The notes beneath the pieces are model-generated. The model saw only the letters and a program-made list of their open reading frames with translations, ran no database searches and had not been told where the DNA came from. The position numbers and the translations under genes were made by a program. Positions 15,123 through 23,887 of a DNA stretch of 32,885 nt are shown here, piece by piece. This stretch comes from Eubacteriales bacterium (GTDB lineage: Bacteria; Bacillota; Clostridia; Oscillospirales; CAG-272): assembly GCA_045578685.1 (NCBI GenBank), contig JAZNKU010000244.1:1-32885 (forward strand), written 5' to 3'. The first letter of the stretch is position 1; the number at the start of each line of letters is the position of its first letter.

Positions 15123-17588
15123 ATGAAAAAACGTGTGTTTGCTTTTATCATGTGCGCTTTAATACTTGTCGGTATCCTGCCGGTCACATCATACGCTCTT
15201 GACTACGTGAAGATAGACGGGCTCAGTGCGCCCATGGAGGGGGATGCACCCGATTACACCGTAGCATATGACAACACAGTAACTCTAAGTGCGGGTAACA
15301 ACAATCCGTCGTATTACAAGAACGGCATATGCTGGTATGATATGACAACGGCATCCATTATAAGAACTACTGCAAAATTTGTTGCAGGCCATCAGTATAA
15401 GGCGATTTTGTATTTAGAGGCTATTAATAATTATGCCTTCACAACCGCCCCTACGGTTATGGTCGATGACAAGCTTGCAGTCGAAGTTGACCGTTTCGAC
15501 GATACAAGAATCGTAGTAGAGGTTGTGTTTGACCCGATACCTCAGTATACACCCATATACTCCATAGAATATTACACCGACCATCGCCTGACCGTAGGCG
15601 ACGAGCTTGAAACCGTAACTCTTGTCCGTATTAACGGAACAAATGATTTTGGTGCTATGCTCAAGGAGTGGGACGGTGCCTGGTATGTAAACGATACCAA
15701 GACCGATGATCCCGACGATTACGAAAAGTATAACGGGGACGTTTATATTCCCAACATAAGCTTTGCTTACCGTGCGGAGATAACACTTAAGGGAGAGTAT
15801 GTATTTACAGAGGGGTCAGATGTTTCTCTCAATTTTACAAACTACTCCGTCACCGGCTTAATGCAGAGCCTGTCCCCGGATTCAAAGACAGCAGTATTCT
15901 ATTTCTTTGCAGATCCCCTTACCGCACAGCCTATAAATTCGGTTGCATATACCCTTGAGGGCTATGAGTTCGGCTCACCTATAAACGGTATAACCGTTAA
16001 TTCAAGCGATGCAGTAAACACAAACGGTGCTTACGGAACCGATTACTTCATCACCATAGCAAACCGTATACCCATAATGACAGGTGACTTTGAGGCGGAC
16101 ACAACCTACACTCTTCGTATTGCAGTTACAAGCAACGTCTATGACGTAAGCTCGCTTACAAAGCAGGATATCACCCTCAACGGCAAAAGGGCAACAAATA
16201 TCGAAACGGTAAACGGCGTATTGTTCGCTATCTTTTATCTTCCCGAGCTTGAAGTACAGGACATTGAAATATACAGTATACTTCTGGCGGTGGATGTTGA
16301 AGGACCTAAGGCGGGTCAGAGCTTCTTCTATCCTACCGTTTATGCGGTGAACGGCGAAGAGAGCCTTGCCTCTGCAGTGACATTACCCGATATCGGAGAA
16401 GACTTCGGCTGGTATGTATCCGATTATTTTCTGCCCGATGCCTACTATGAGTACGTAACCGATACGGACAAATTTGAAGAGGGCAAGGCGTATCTTTTCT
16501 TTGCAACGATAGATGCTTTACCCGGATATACCGTCGCCCCCGGTTGCTACGTTACAATCAGCACCCCCAACGGACTTATGGAGGGTGTGCTCAGCAGTGT
16601 AGGTCCTACTTATGTCCAGTATGAGTTTGTTTGCAATCTCGGAGCGCCCGACACAGCTCCCAAGCTTGAAAGTGTCCGCGTTGAGCTTGGTGGCTACGGA
16701 GCAGGAAAGGCAATACAGGATATAGCCGTAATTCCCACGGTGAACGGTGCAGAATTACCTTATATTCCCGACGGTGAAAATCCTCTGTACGGAATGTTCT
16801 ACGGTGTGCTTAATGAAAACAAGGACTTTATACCCGAGGGTGTCTTTGAAAATAACGCCGATTATTACCTTTCCGTGCTTCTTTCTGCAGGCAGCTACGA
16901 TACAGGCTCCCTTGATAAATCAAAATTCACTCTTAACGGCAAGGCGGCAGATTCTGTTGAAGTCCGCTTCGGTATGATAGAGATCACCTTTAAGCTTTCC
17001 CGACTTACGTTAAATCCTTTTATCGACGTAAAGGAAAACCACTGGTTTGCGGCATCGGTTGCATACTGTGTAGAAAAGGGTTACGTTGCCGGAATGACCG
17101 AGACCACCTTTGTTCCTAACGGTAAGCTCACCCGTGCACAGTTTTTGACCATCCTTGCAAAGCTTGACGGTGTTGACCTTACCCAGTATGATACGGCAGA
17201 TGCAGGCTTTGCCGACGTTAAGACCGGCCATTGGTATAACGAGGTTGTATGCTGGGCGGTAGAAAAGGGATATACCAGCGGTCTTTCTACGGAAAAGTTC
17301 GGTCCCAACGTTGATATCACAAGAGCACAGCTTGCAAGATTCTTCTACGTTTATTCCGAAAAGAACGGAATAAATGTGGACGGCAGAGCAGATCTTTCCT
17401 CCTTCCCCGACGTTAAAAAGGTAGCGGATTGGGCAAGAACTCCGGTGGAGTGGGCAGTGAAAGCGGGACTGATCTCCGGTGTGGCAAAGGACGGCAAGAA
17501 TTATCTTGACCCCAACGGAACCGCAACCAGAGCACAGGCAACGGTGATGTTTAAGGCATACGACGATTTCAGAGGTGTAAATGGTTGA
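15123..17588 (+). CDS. Large secreted cell-surface protein with internal ~260-aa repeats and three C-terminal SLH domains
   Basis: Signal peptide MKKRVFAFIMCALILVGILPVTSYA after an AAAGGAG RBS. Repeated modules end in TLNGKRATNIETVNGVLFAIFYL and TLNGKAADSVEVRFGMIEITFKL. The C-terminal SLH triplet is FIDVKENHWFAASVAYCVEKGYVAG, FADVKTGHWYNEVVCWAVEKGYTSG and FPDVKKVADWARTPVEWAVKAGLISG. Confidence 0.85.
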   Translation: MKKRVFAFIMCALILVGILPVTSYALDYVKIDGLSAPMEGDAPDYTVAYDNTVTLSAGNNNPSYYKNGICWYDMTTASIIRTTAKFVAGHQYKAILYLEAINNYAFTTAPTVMVDDKLAVEVDRFDDTRIVVEVVFDPIPQYTPIYSIEYYTDHRLTVGDELETVTLVRINGTNDFGAMLKEWDGAWYVNDTKTDDPDDYEKYNGDVYIPNISFAYRAEITLKGEYVFTEGSDVSLNFTNYSVTGLMQSLSPDSKTAVFYFFADPLTAQPINSVAYTLEGYEFGSPINGITVNSSDAVNTNGAYGTDYFITIANRIPIMTGDFEADTTYTLRIAVTSNVYDVSSLTKQDITLNGKRATNIETVNGVLFAIFYLPELEVQDIEIYSILLAVDVEGPKAGQSFFYPTVYAVNGEESLASAVTLPDIGEDFGWYVSDYFLPDAYYEYVTDTDKFEEGKAYLFFATIDALPGYTVAPGCYVTISTPNGLMEGVLSSVGPTYVQYEFVCNLGAPDTAPKLESVRVELGGYGAGKAIQDIAVIPTVNGAELPYIPDGENPLYGMFYGVLNENKDFIPEGVFENNADYYLSVLLSAGSYDTGSLDKSKFTLNGKAADSVEVRFGMIEITFKLSRLTLNPFIDVKENHWFAASVAYCVEKGYVAGMTETTFVPNGKLTRAQFLTILAKLDGVDLTQYDTADAGFADVKTGHWYNEVVCWAVEKGYTSGLSTEKFGPNVDITRAQLARFFYVYSEKNGINVDGRADLSSFPDVKKVADWARTPVEWAVKAGLISGVAKDGKNYLDPNGTATRAQATVMFKAYDDFRGVNG

Positions 17589-17604
17589 GAACTCCACATT
17601 GTGA

Positions 17605-17633
17605 TTGACAAAACTTAGTTTTTATAATATAAT
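17605..17633 (+). promoter_or_regulatory. Consensus sigma-A promoter upstream of the GNAT/HD genes
   Basis: TTGACA (17605-17610), 17-nt spacer, TATAAT (17628-17633). Confidence 0.55.
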
Positions 17634-17670
17634 TAAGGGTAGATTTTTGAAGGCAAAAATCTACCCTTAA
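17633..17670 (+). terminator. 16-bp-stem hairpin (terminator of the SLH gene and/or 5' structure of the GNAT transcript)
   Basis: TTAAGGGTAGATTTTT (17633-17648) pairs perfectly with AAAAATCTACCCTTAA (17655-17670), loop GAAGGC. It is followed by TTGAAATTT, a weak T-tract. Confidence 0.55.
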
Positions 17671-17694
17671 TTGAAATTTGAAAAGGAGACTTTT

Positions 17695-18171
17695 ATGGAA
17701 CAGCTTCAGGATTTAGATATACTGGTTAATTTATATAACCTTCCCAACGACGATGACCCCACCAAGGCTATGAAGGAAAAGGGCGTTGGCATCAAGAGGG
17801 GTCTTGGTCCCGACAAGACAGAGATTCTTGAGTTTATCAAGAGAGAGTTTTCTCAGGGCTGGGCAGACGAGTGCGAAAAGGCTATCTTCAACTCCACCTG
17901 CTATATTGCTACCCTTAACGGTGAGGTAGTGGGCTTTGCTTGCTATGACTCTACCGCACTTGGCTACTACGGTCCTCTGGGTGTTGCCGCAAAGGCAAGA
18001 AAGCTGGGTATAGGCTCTGCCCTTACCGCAAAGTGCCTCCTTGCAATGCGTGAGAAGGGCTACGGCTACGCTATCATCAACGCAGGTCCCGTTGAGTATT
18101 ATATCAAGACACTTAACGCACAGGTTATAGGCGATCATCCCGGTGTTTACGCTAACCTTATCTGTAACTAA
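17695..18171 (+). CDS. GNAT-family N-acetyltransferase
   Basis: AAAGGAGA RBS before ATG 17695. Acetyl-CoA binding motif LGVAAKARKLGIGSAL (Q/R-x-x-G-x-G/A). Confidence 0.75.
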   Translation: MEQLQDLDILVNLYNLPNDDDPTKAMKEKGVGIKRGLGPDKTEILEFIKREFSQGWADECEKAIFNSTCYIATLNGEVVGFACYDSTALGYYGPLGVAAKARKLGIGSALTAKCLLAMREKGYGYAIINAGPVEYYIKTLNAQVIGDHPGVYANLICN

Positions 18172-18180
18172 GGGTGCACT

Positions 18181-18759
18181 ATGACTAACAAAGAGAGATT
18201 TATACAGATATACCGCGACAACATAAAGCGTGAGGGCGGGGACAAGCTCCTTGACCACCTATGTTCTAACCAGAGCGACTTTTTCACAGCTCCTGCAAGC
18301 GCAAGATTCCATTGTGCTTATGAAGGCGGGCTTTGCGAGCATAGTCTCAATGTGTACGACTGTCTCGTTGACTATCTTGCAAGACCCCGTGTAAAGGAGA
18401 CTTACGGTCTTAACTTTACCGATGAGAGCATTGCTATAGTTTCTCTGCTTCACGACCTCTGTAAGACCAACACCTATAAACCGGGCTTCCGTAACGTGAA
18501 GAACGATCAGGGCGTGTGGGAGAAGGTCCCCAGCTACGACTATGACGATAAGCTCCCCTACGGTCACGGCGAAAAGTCGGTGTATATCGCCTCCGGCTTT
18601 ATGCGGCTGACCCGTGACGAGGCTTTTGCCATACGTTATCATATGGGCTTCTCGGGTCCCGAGGACGCAAGACAGGTGGGAGATGCGCTTAAGCGTTTTC
18701 CTCTGGCTTATGCCCTTATGACCGCAGACATGGAGTCTACTTATTTTCTTGAACACTGA
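18181..18759 (+). CDS. HD-domain phosphohydrolase
   Basis: H...HD signature (SLLHDLCK) with downstream His/Asp residues (YGHGEKS, RYHMG, TADMES). Confidence 0.7.
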   Translation: MTNKERFIQIYRDNIKREGGDKLLDHLCSNQSDFFTAPASARFHCAYEGGLCEHSLNVYDCLVDYLARPRVKETYGLNFTDESIAIVSLLHDLCKTNTYKPGFRNVKNDQGVWEKVPSYDYDDKLPYGHGEKSVYIASGFMRLTRDEAFAIRYHMGFSGPEDARQVGDALKRFPLAYALMTADMESTYFLEH

Positions 18760-18762
18760 TAA

Positions 18763-18785
18763 GAGCCGTCGCAAAGCGACGGCTC
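18763..18785. terminator. GC-rich hairpin after the HD gene (possible terminator, poor T-tract)
   Basis: GAGCCGTCGC (18763-18772), loop AAA, GCGACGGCTC (18776-18785). Confidence 0.4.
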
Positions 18786-18787
18786 TC

Positions 18788-18958
18788 GCGATATAAATCC
18801 CTTTCGGGATTTGCGATATTTCCGATGGAAGCGATATATCCTTCGGATGCGATATGCCCTGCGGGGCGCGGGATTTATATCATATCGCATATTGTGAAGC
18901 AATATATATCGCATTCGTAAAACGAATATATCGCTTTTGCCGAAGGCAAAAATATCGC
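18788..18958. repeat. Convergent array of eight GCGATAT-plus-mini-hairpin units
   Basis: GCGATAT at 18788, 18813, 18831 and 18849 on the + strand. ATATCGC at 18882, 18906, 18928 and 18952. Most units carry a 4-7-bp stem hairpin next to the heptamer (CCCtttcGGG, TTCCgatGGAA, ATCCttcGGAT, GCCCtgcgGGGC, ATTCGtaaaaCGAAT, TTTTGCCgaaGGCAAAA). Confidence 0.8.
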
Positions 18959-18961
18959 CTT

Positions 18962-19795
18962 CTAATATCTCATTTTCGCATAACCGCAGTGCTTGCATAG
19001 CTCTTCGGTTATTTTTCTTTTTTCAAAGGATTCCTTCAATGCCCTTGCACGGGGTGAATTTAATATTTCATCCAAAGGAGTATCGAAAATATTTCCTAAA
19101 TTTATCGCTCCTTCCGCATCAAGACAGCAGGGAACTACCGTGCCGTCTGACAGTACGCCTATCTGATCACGCAGACCGTAACAGGAGTGGGTGTCCCCTG
19201 CATATTCGGCATCCACGTCCGGCCAGTCGAATTTCTGTCCCCATTCGAGAAAAATCTTGTTCCGCAGTTTATATCCTGAGTAGATCTCTTTCCATTCACC
19301 TGTAAAATAAGAGTGCATATCTTCAAGTATCTTTTGATTAAGATTATTTTCTCCGCCCTCGTTCCACAGACGCATTACTGCGATTATACCATTATCCGCC
19401 GCCTCACGGCAGAACTCAAAGCAGCTTTTAAGATACTCGTCTGCAGATATTCCGATATCATTTGCCTCGTAGCTGTGCAGGGAAATGCTGACCTTGTGAA
19501 GTGCCTTTGCGGACAGAAGTATGTCCTTTTTCTTATCCAAGAGAGTTCCGTTTGTGGTAAGTATGACCTTAAAGCCAAGCTCTCCTGCTATATTTAAAAA
19601 TTTTTCCAAAGACGGATGCAGAAGCGGTTCGCCCATAAGATGAAAATACAGATAATCGGCAAAGGAGCGTAACTGCTTTGCTCCTGCCTCAAACTCGCTT
19701 GAAGACAGATGTTTGATTTCTCTTTTTGTCCCGTGGCAGAAGCTGCAACTCAGATTGCAGGCATTGGTTATTTCAAAAAAAGCTTTGTTAGGCAT
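18962..19795 (-). CDS. Radical SAM / SPASM-domain protein
   Basis: CNLSCSFC (CX3CX2C) at residues 13-20. C-terminal Cys-rich auxiliary-cluster region (SCYG...VVPCCLD...CKHCGY). Confidence 0.8.
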   Translation of the reverse strand: MPNKAFFEITNACNLSCSFCHGTKREIKHLSSSEFEAGAKQLRSFADYLYFHLMGEPLLHPSLEKFLNIAGELGFKVILTTNGTLLDKKKDILLSAKALHKVSISLHSYEANDIGISADEYLKSCFEFCREAADNGIIAVMRLWNEGGENNLNQKILEDMHSYFTGEWKEIYSGYKLRNKIFLEWGQKFDWPDVDAEYAGDTHSCYGLRDQIGVLSDGTVVPCCLDAEGAINLGNIFDTPLDEILNSPRARALKESFEKRKITEELCKHCGYAKMRY

Positions 19796-19909
19796 AATAA
19801 ACTCCGAGTATTTGATAATTAATTCTACACCTTTTCGGAGAGAATATCAAGTAGAGTTTATAATGAGTTGATGAATTTATAATAAAATAGAGCACAGGAG
19901 GTGCTGTAT

Positions 19910-20731
19910 ATGTGTACTGCAATTAAATACGATAATTATTTTGGACGGAATCTTGACCTGTGGTGTCACTACGATACCAAGGTAATAATAAGCCGTGACG
20001 GCAAATACCCCGTTATGGGTATGGGTATAGAGGCAAGGGGCTATCCTCTGTATTTTGATGCTATGAACGACAGAGGTCTTGCAATGGCGGGGCTCAATTT
20101 TCCGGGTAATGCTGTTTATTTTCTTCTTGATGAGAGCAGGATCAATCTCGCACCATACGAGCTTATCCCTTATATTTTAGGCAATTTTTCCACGGTAGAC
20201 GAGGTTGCAAATGAACTTTGTAAGGTCAATATCCTCGACCGCCCTTTTTCCGAAGATGTCCCTTTATCCCCACTTCATTGGATGATTTCGGACAAAAATG
20301 CTTCAATTGTCCTCGAAAGCACCGAAAAAGGGGTGAAAATATACCAAAATCCCCACCATGTGCTTACAAACAACCCGCCATTTGATATACAGAGCTTCAA
20401 TCTTAACAACTATAAACGGCTCTCGCCCCACTCATGTGAGGATGATTACAGCCTCGGCATGGGAGGACTTGGGTTGCCCGGAGATCTTTCGTCCATGTCG
20501 AGATTTGTACGTGCTGACTTTTATTTAAAAAATTCTCCCTCAGAACTTGGAGTAAACCAACTTTTTCATCTTCTTTATTCGGTGGCTATACCCAAAGGCT
20601 CTGTCATAACCCCCGAGGGAACCGAGGAATATACCCAATATACCTGTTGTTGTGATTTAGAAAACAATAAATATTATTATACCGAATATGATAATCTTAA
20701 TGTCAGATGCATAGGATTTAATGACCGATAA
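19910..20731 (+). CDS. Choloylglycine hydrolase / linear amide C-N hydrolase family (Ntn hydrolase, Cys2 nucleophile)
   Basis: CAGGAGG RBS, then ATG-TGT gives MCTAIKY.., the hallmark N-terminal Cys. NLDL, MNDRGLAMAGLNFPG and LTNNPPFD motifs are typical of BSH/PVA enzymes. Confidence 0.8.
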   Translation: MCTAIKYDNYFGRNLDLWCHYDTKVIISRDGKYPVMGMGIEARGYPLYFDAMNDRGLAMAGLNFPGNAVYFLLDESRINLAPYELIPYILGNFSTVDEVANELCKVNILDRPFSEDVPLSPLHWMISDKNASIVLESTEKGVKIYQNPHHVLTNNPPFDIQSFNLNNYKRLSPHSCEDDYSLGMGGLGLPGDLSSMSRFVRADFYLKNSPSELGVNQLFHLLYSVAIPKGSVITPEGTEEYTQYTCCCDLENNKYYYTEYDNLNVRCIGFNDR

Positions 20732-20750
20732 CATCGGTCATTATTTTTTG
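20720..20750 (+). terminator. Intrinsic terminator overlapping the stop codon
   Basis: AATGACCGAT (20720-20729), loop AAC, ATCGGTCATT (20733-20742), followed by ATTTTTT. Confidence 0.8.
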
Positions 20751-20824
20751 CCGCAAAATGTTGAAAAAACAAAGCTTTTGTGATATAATACAGTGATAGA
20801 AACTATCTTCTTATGGAGGAAGGT

Positions 20825-22054
20825 ATGGATACAAAAGAAAAGGTGCCCACGGCGACACCGAAAAAAACCGAAAAAAAGCCTCAGAAGCCATGGGTGCGCA
20901 AAAGACATCTTCTTGTACGCAACATAGCCTTTGTTTTGCTTGCTCCCTATACTATCTGGCGCTACGGTATCAAGATAGAAAAATTCAAGGAAAAAGAGGA
21001 CAGACCCTATTTTGTTCTCTGCAATCATACAACCCCCTTTGACCAGTTCTTTTTGGGTATTTCCGTACCGGGGCGTATATATTATGTTGCTACCGAGGAT
21101 ATTTTTTCAAACGGATTTGTTTCTTCACTTATACGTTATCTTATAGCCCCCATTCCGATAAAGAAGCAAGCAGCTGACATAACCGCTATCCGTAACTGTA
21201 TGAAGGTGGCAAAGGAGGGCGGTACTATTGCCATCGCCCCTGAGGGCAACCGTACCTACAGCGGCAGGACTGAGTATATGTCTCCGGTTATCGCATCCCT
21301 TGCCCGCAAGCTCAAGATGCCTATAGCCCTCTACCGTATTGAGGGAGGCTACGGTGTTCAGCCCAGATGGAGCGATGTGGTCCGCAGGGGTAAGATGCAC
21401 GCGTATGTATCCCGTGTAATCCAGCCCGAGGAATATGCCGCTATGACCGACGATGAGCTTTTTGCCATTATCGAAAAGGAGCTTTACGTTCACGAGACCG
21501 AAGGCGTCTTTAAGCATAAGAAGCGTGCCGAATATCTTGAGCGTGCTATATATTACTGTCCCGATTGCGGCTTTGCCAAGTTCGAGAGCAAGGGAGCCAA
21601 TGCTTGGTGCAAGTCCTGCGGCAAGGAGATAAGCTACGGAGAGGATTTGACCCTTACGGGTGTTCCTTATAAATATATGTCCGAGTGGTATGATGCACAG
21701 AAGGCATACGTAAACTCGGTAGACACCCGTCTGCATACCGAAAAACCGATATTTACAGATACAGCCTCTATCTCCGAGGTTATCATAAACAAGCGTAAGC
21801 AGAAGCTGAGAAAGGACTCGGCTATTGAGCTCTACGGTGACCGTATAGTTATCGACGGTGACTGGGTATTGCCCTTTTCCGAGGTTACTGCTGCCGCTGT
21901 GCTTGGCAGAAACAAGCTTAATATCTACCACGACAAGCACGTATATCAGTTTAAAGGTGACAAGAGATTCAACGCGCTTAAGTACGTAAATCTCTGTTAC
22001 AGACATAAAAACATCTTAAAGGGAGACGAAAATGGAAAATTTTTGGGATTATAG
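20825..22054 (+). CDS. PlsC-type lysophospholipid acyltransferase with C-terminal zinc-ribbon-containing extension
   Basis: HX4D motif (NHTTPFD) and an APEGNR motif. The C-terminal half contains CPDCG...CKSCG. GGAGGAAG RBS before ATG 20825. Confidence 0.75.
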   Translation: MDTKEKVPTATPKKTEKKPQKPWVRKRHLLVRNIAFVLLAPYTIWRYGIKIEKFKEKEDRPYFVLCNHTTPFDQFFLGISVPGRIYYVATEDIFSNGFVSSLIRYLIAPIPIKKQAADITAIRNCMKVAKEGGTIAIAPEGNRTYSGRTEYMSPVIASLARKLKMPIALYRIEGGYGVQPRWSDVVRRGKMHAYVSRVIQPEEYAAMTDDELFAIIEKELYVHETEGVFKHKKRAEYLERAIYYCPDCGFAKFESKGANAWCKSCGKEISYGEDLTLTGVPYKYMSEWYDAQKAYVNSVDTRLHTEKPIFTDTASISEVIINKRKQKLRKDSAIELYGDRIVIDGDWVLPFSEVTAAAVLGRNKLNIYHDKHVYQFKGDKRFNALKYVNLCYRHKNILKGDENGKFLGL

Positions 22055-23411
22055 TGCATGGGGTGCATTCAGTCTTGTAGCGGTATTACTTATCGCTCTG
22101 CTCCTTGCAAACATAATAAAGAGAGTTATCAAGCCCCTTCGTGCCTCGCTTATACCGACATCGGTGCTGGGCGGCGGCATACTGCTGGTTCTGGCGGGTC
22201 TGTACAGACTTGTAACAGGGGATGTGTTCTTTGATACCGCTTTCTTCGGCGGTAACGGTACTGCTAACCTTGAGCTTATTACCTACCATACACTTGCTCT
22301 CGGTTTTGTAGCCTCTACCTTTAAGTCGGGAAAGGAAAAGATGAGCAAAAAGCGTAGTATTGAGATATTCAATACAGGCGTTACCACAGTTTCGACATAC
22401 CTTTTGCAGGGTGTTGTAGGTTTGACGATATCTATCATTGCTGCATTGGTTATTCCTAAGTTCTTTTCCTCCGCAGGTATGCTTCTGCCCTTTGGCTACG
22501 GTCAGGGTACGGGTCAGGCAATGAACTACGGTAACATTTATGAGACCGACTGGGGCTTTAGCGGAGGCAAGAGTTTTGGTCTTGCTATTGCGGCTTTGGG
22601 ATTTTTATCTGCCAGCATCGGTGGTGTTATCCACCTTACGATATTAAAGAAACGAGGCAAGGTATACATAGCTGCCAAGGATAAGGTGCTGCGCGATTCT
22701 GACATCGAGACCGAAAACGAGATACCCATGCAGGAGAGCGTTGACAAGCTCACCGTTCAGGTAGCTCTTGTTGCGGTGGCTTATCTTGTGGCATATCTTA
22801 TTATGTTCTTCCTCGGCAAGGCACTTCCCGGTATGCGCTCTGTCATCTACGGTTTCAACTTCCTTTTAGGTGTTCTTGCTACCGTGCTTGTTAAGTTCGT
22901 TCTCAAGCTTTTCAGAAAATCAGGTATGAACACCCGTGATTACATAAACGATTTCCTTATGACCCGTGTAAGCAACTTCTTCTTTGATATAATGGTTGTT
23001 GCAGGTATTGCGGCTATCCGTTTGAGTATACTCAAGGATTATTGGGGAATCATACTTATTATGGGTGTTGTAGGAATGGGTGTTACTTATATCTATAACC
23101 GTATCGTTGCAAAGGTATTGTTTTCCGAGTATGTGGAGGAGCAGTTCCTTGCTATGTTCGGTATGCTGACAGGTACTGCTTCTACCGGCGTTATCCTGCT
23201 CCGTGAGATAGACGGTCATTTCAAAACTCCCGCCTCCGACAACTTGGTTTATCAGAACTTCCCCGCTATCGTATTCGGTTTTCCCCTTATGTTCCTTGCG
23301 ACCTTCTGTCCCAAGGCCCCCGTTCTCACTATGATAATTCTTGCAATCGCATTTGCGGTGATGAACGTTATACTCTTTAGATCAAAGATTTTCAAGAGGA
23401 GGAAAAAATAA
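22032..23411 (+). CDS. Polytopic membrane transporter, sodium/glutamate symporter (GltS/ESS)-like
   Basis: About 12 hydrophobic segments and two Gly-rich re-entrant-like motifs (GYGQGTGQA, GMLTGTASTG) in the two halves. GGGAG RBS. It overlaps the upstream gene by 23 nt. The family assignment is tentative. Confidence 0.45.
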   Translation: MENFWDYSAWGAFSLVAVLLIALLLANIIKRVIKPLRASLIPTSVLGGGILLVLAGLYRLVTGDVFFDTAFFGGNGTANLELITYHTLALGFVASTFKSGKEKMSKKRSIEIFNTGVTTVSTYLLQGVVGLTISIIAALVIPKFFSSAGMLLPFGYGQGTGQAMNYGNIYETDWGFSGGKSFGLAIAALGFLSASIGGVIHLTILKKRGKVYIAAKDKVLRDSDIETENEIPMQESVDKLTVQVALVAVAYLVAYLIMFFLGKALPGMRSVIYGFNFLLGVLATVLVKFVLKLFRKSGMNTRDYINDFLMTRVSNFFFDIMVVAGIAAIRLSILKDYWGIILIMGVVGMGVTYIYNRIVAKVLFSEYVEEQFLAMFGMLTGTASTGVILLREIDGHFKTPASDNLVYQNFPAIVFGFPLMFLATFCPKAPVLTMIILAIAFAVMNVILFRSKIFKRRKK

Positions 23412-23863
23412 TGCTTACAGTAGGTCAGAAGGCTCCCGATTTTACACTTAACGATAAGGACGGCAATCCCGTTACTCTGTCAAGCTTTATGGGCAAAAAG
23501 GTAGTCCTCTACTTCTATCCCCGTGACAACACTCCCGGTTGTACCCGTCAGGCATGTGCCTTTGCTGCAGCTTACGATGCGTTTAAAGAAAAGAATATAG
23601 AGGTCATCGGTATCAGTAAGGACTCTGTTGCTTCTCATGTTAAGTTTGCAGAAAAATATAACCTCCCCTTTATCCTCATTTCCGACCCCGACCGTGTAGC
23701 TATCGAGTCATACGGCGTATGGCAGGAAAAGAAGATGTGCGGCAAGGTATCTATGGGCGTGGTAAGAACCACCTTCATCATTGACGAAAACGGCAATATC
23801 GAAAAGATAATGCCCAAGGTCAAGCCTGATACCAACGCTGCAGAGATATTGGAATCAATATAA
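23411..23863 (+). CDS. bcp: Thioredoxin-dependent thiol peroxidase (Bcp-type peroxiredoxin)
   Basis: VVLYFYPRDNTPGCTRQACAF contains the peroxidatic Cys motif. ~150 aa. The start codon overlaps the upstream stop (TAATG). Confidence 0.9.
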   Translation: MLTVGQKAPDFTLNDKDGNPVTLSSFMGKKVVLYFYPRDNTPGCTRQACAFAAAYDAFKEKNIEVIGISKDSVASHVKFAEKYNLPFILISDPDRVAIESYGVWQEKKMCGKVSMGVVRTTFIIDENGNIEKIMPKVKPDTNAAEILESI

Positions 23864-23887
23864 AAAGTCGGCTTTAAGCCGACTTTT
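23863..23887. terminator. Bidirectional intrinsic terminator
   Basis: AAAAGTCGGCT (23863-23873), loop TTA, AGCCGACTTTT (23877-23887). A-tract and T-tract on either side. Confidence 0.85.

Noticed and set aside
17010-17597. 195-aa minus-strand ORF
   Set aside because: It is antisense to the SLH-domain region of the surface protein. It is Cys-rich and non-protein-like.
18788-18958. GCGATAT array as a CRISPR array
   Set aside because: The repeat unit is only 7 bp plus variable hairpins. The 'spacers' are 11-18 bp and themselves palindromic. Orientation flips mid-array, and there are no cas genes or leader.
18741-19305. 85-aa (minus) and 122-aa (plus) ORFs across the GCGATAT array
   Set aside because: The translations are periodic Arg/Tyr/Ile repeats produced by the DNA repeat. 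The + strand ORF is antisense to the radical SAM gene. There is no RBS.
20741-21028. 95-aa minus-strand ORF
   Set aside because: It overlaps the 5' end and RBS of the acyltransferase gene and begins inside a terminator region. There are no supporting signals.
21125-22006. 293-aa minus-strand ORF
   Set aside because: It is entirely antisense to the acyltransferase CDS, which has clear HX4D/APEGNR motifs. There is no RBS, and the composition is typical of a shadow frame.
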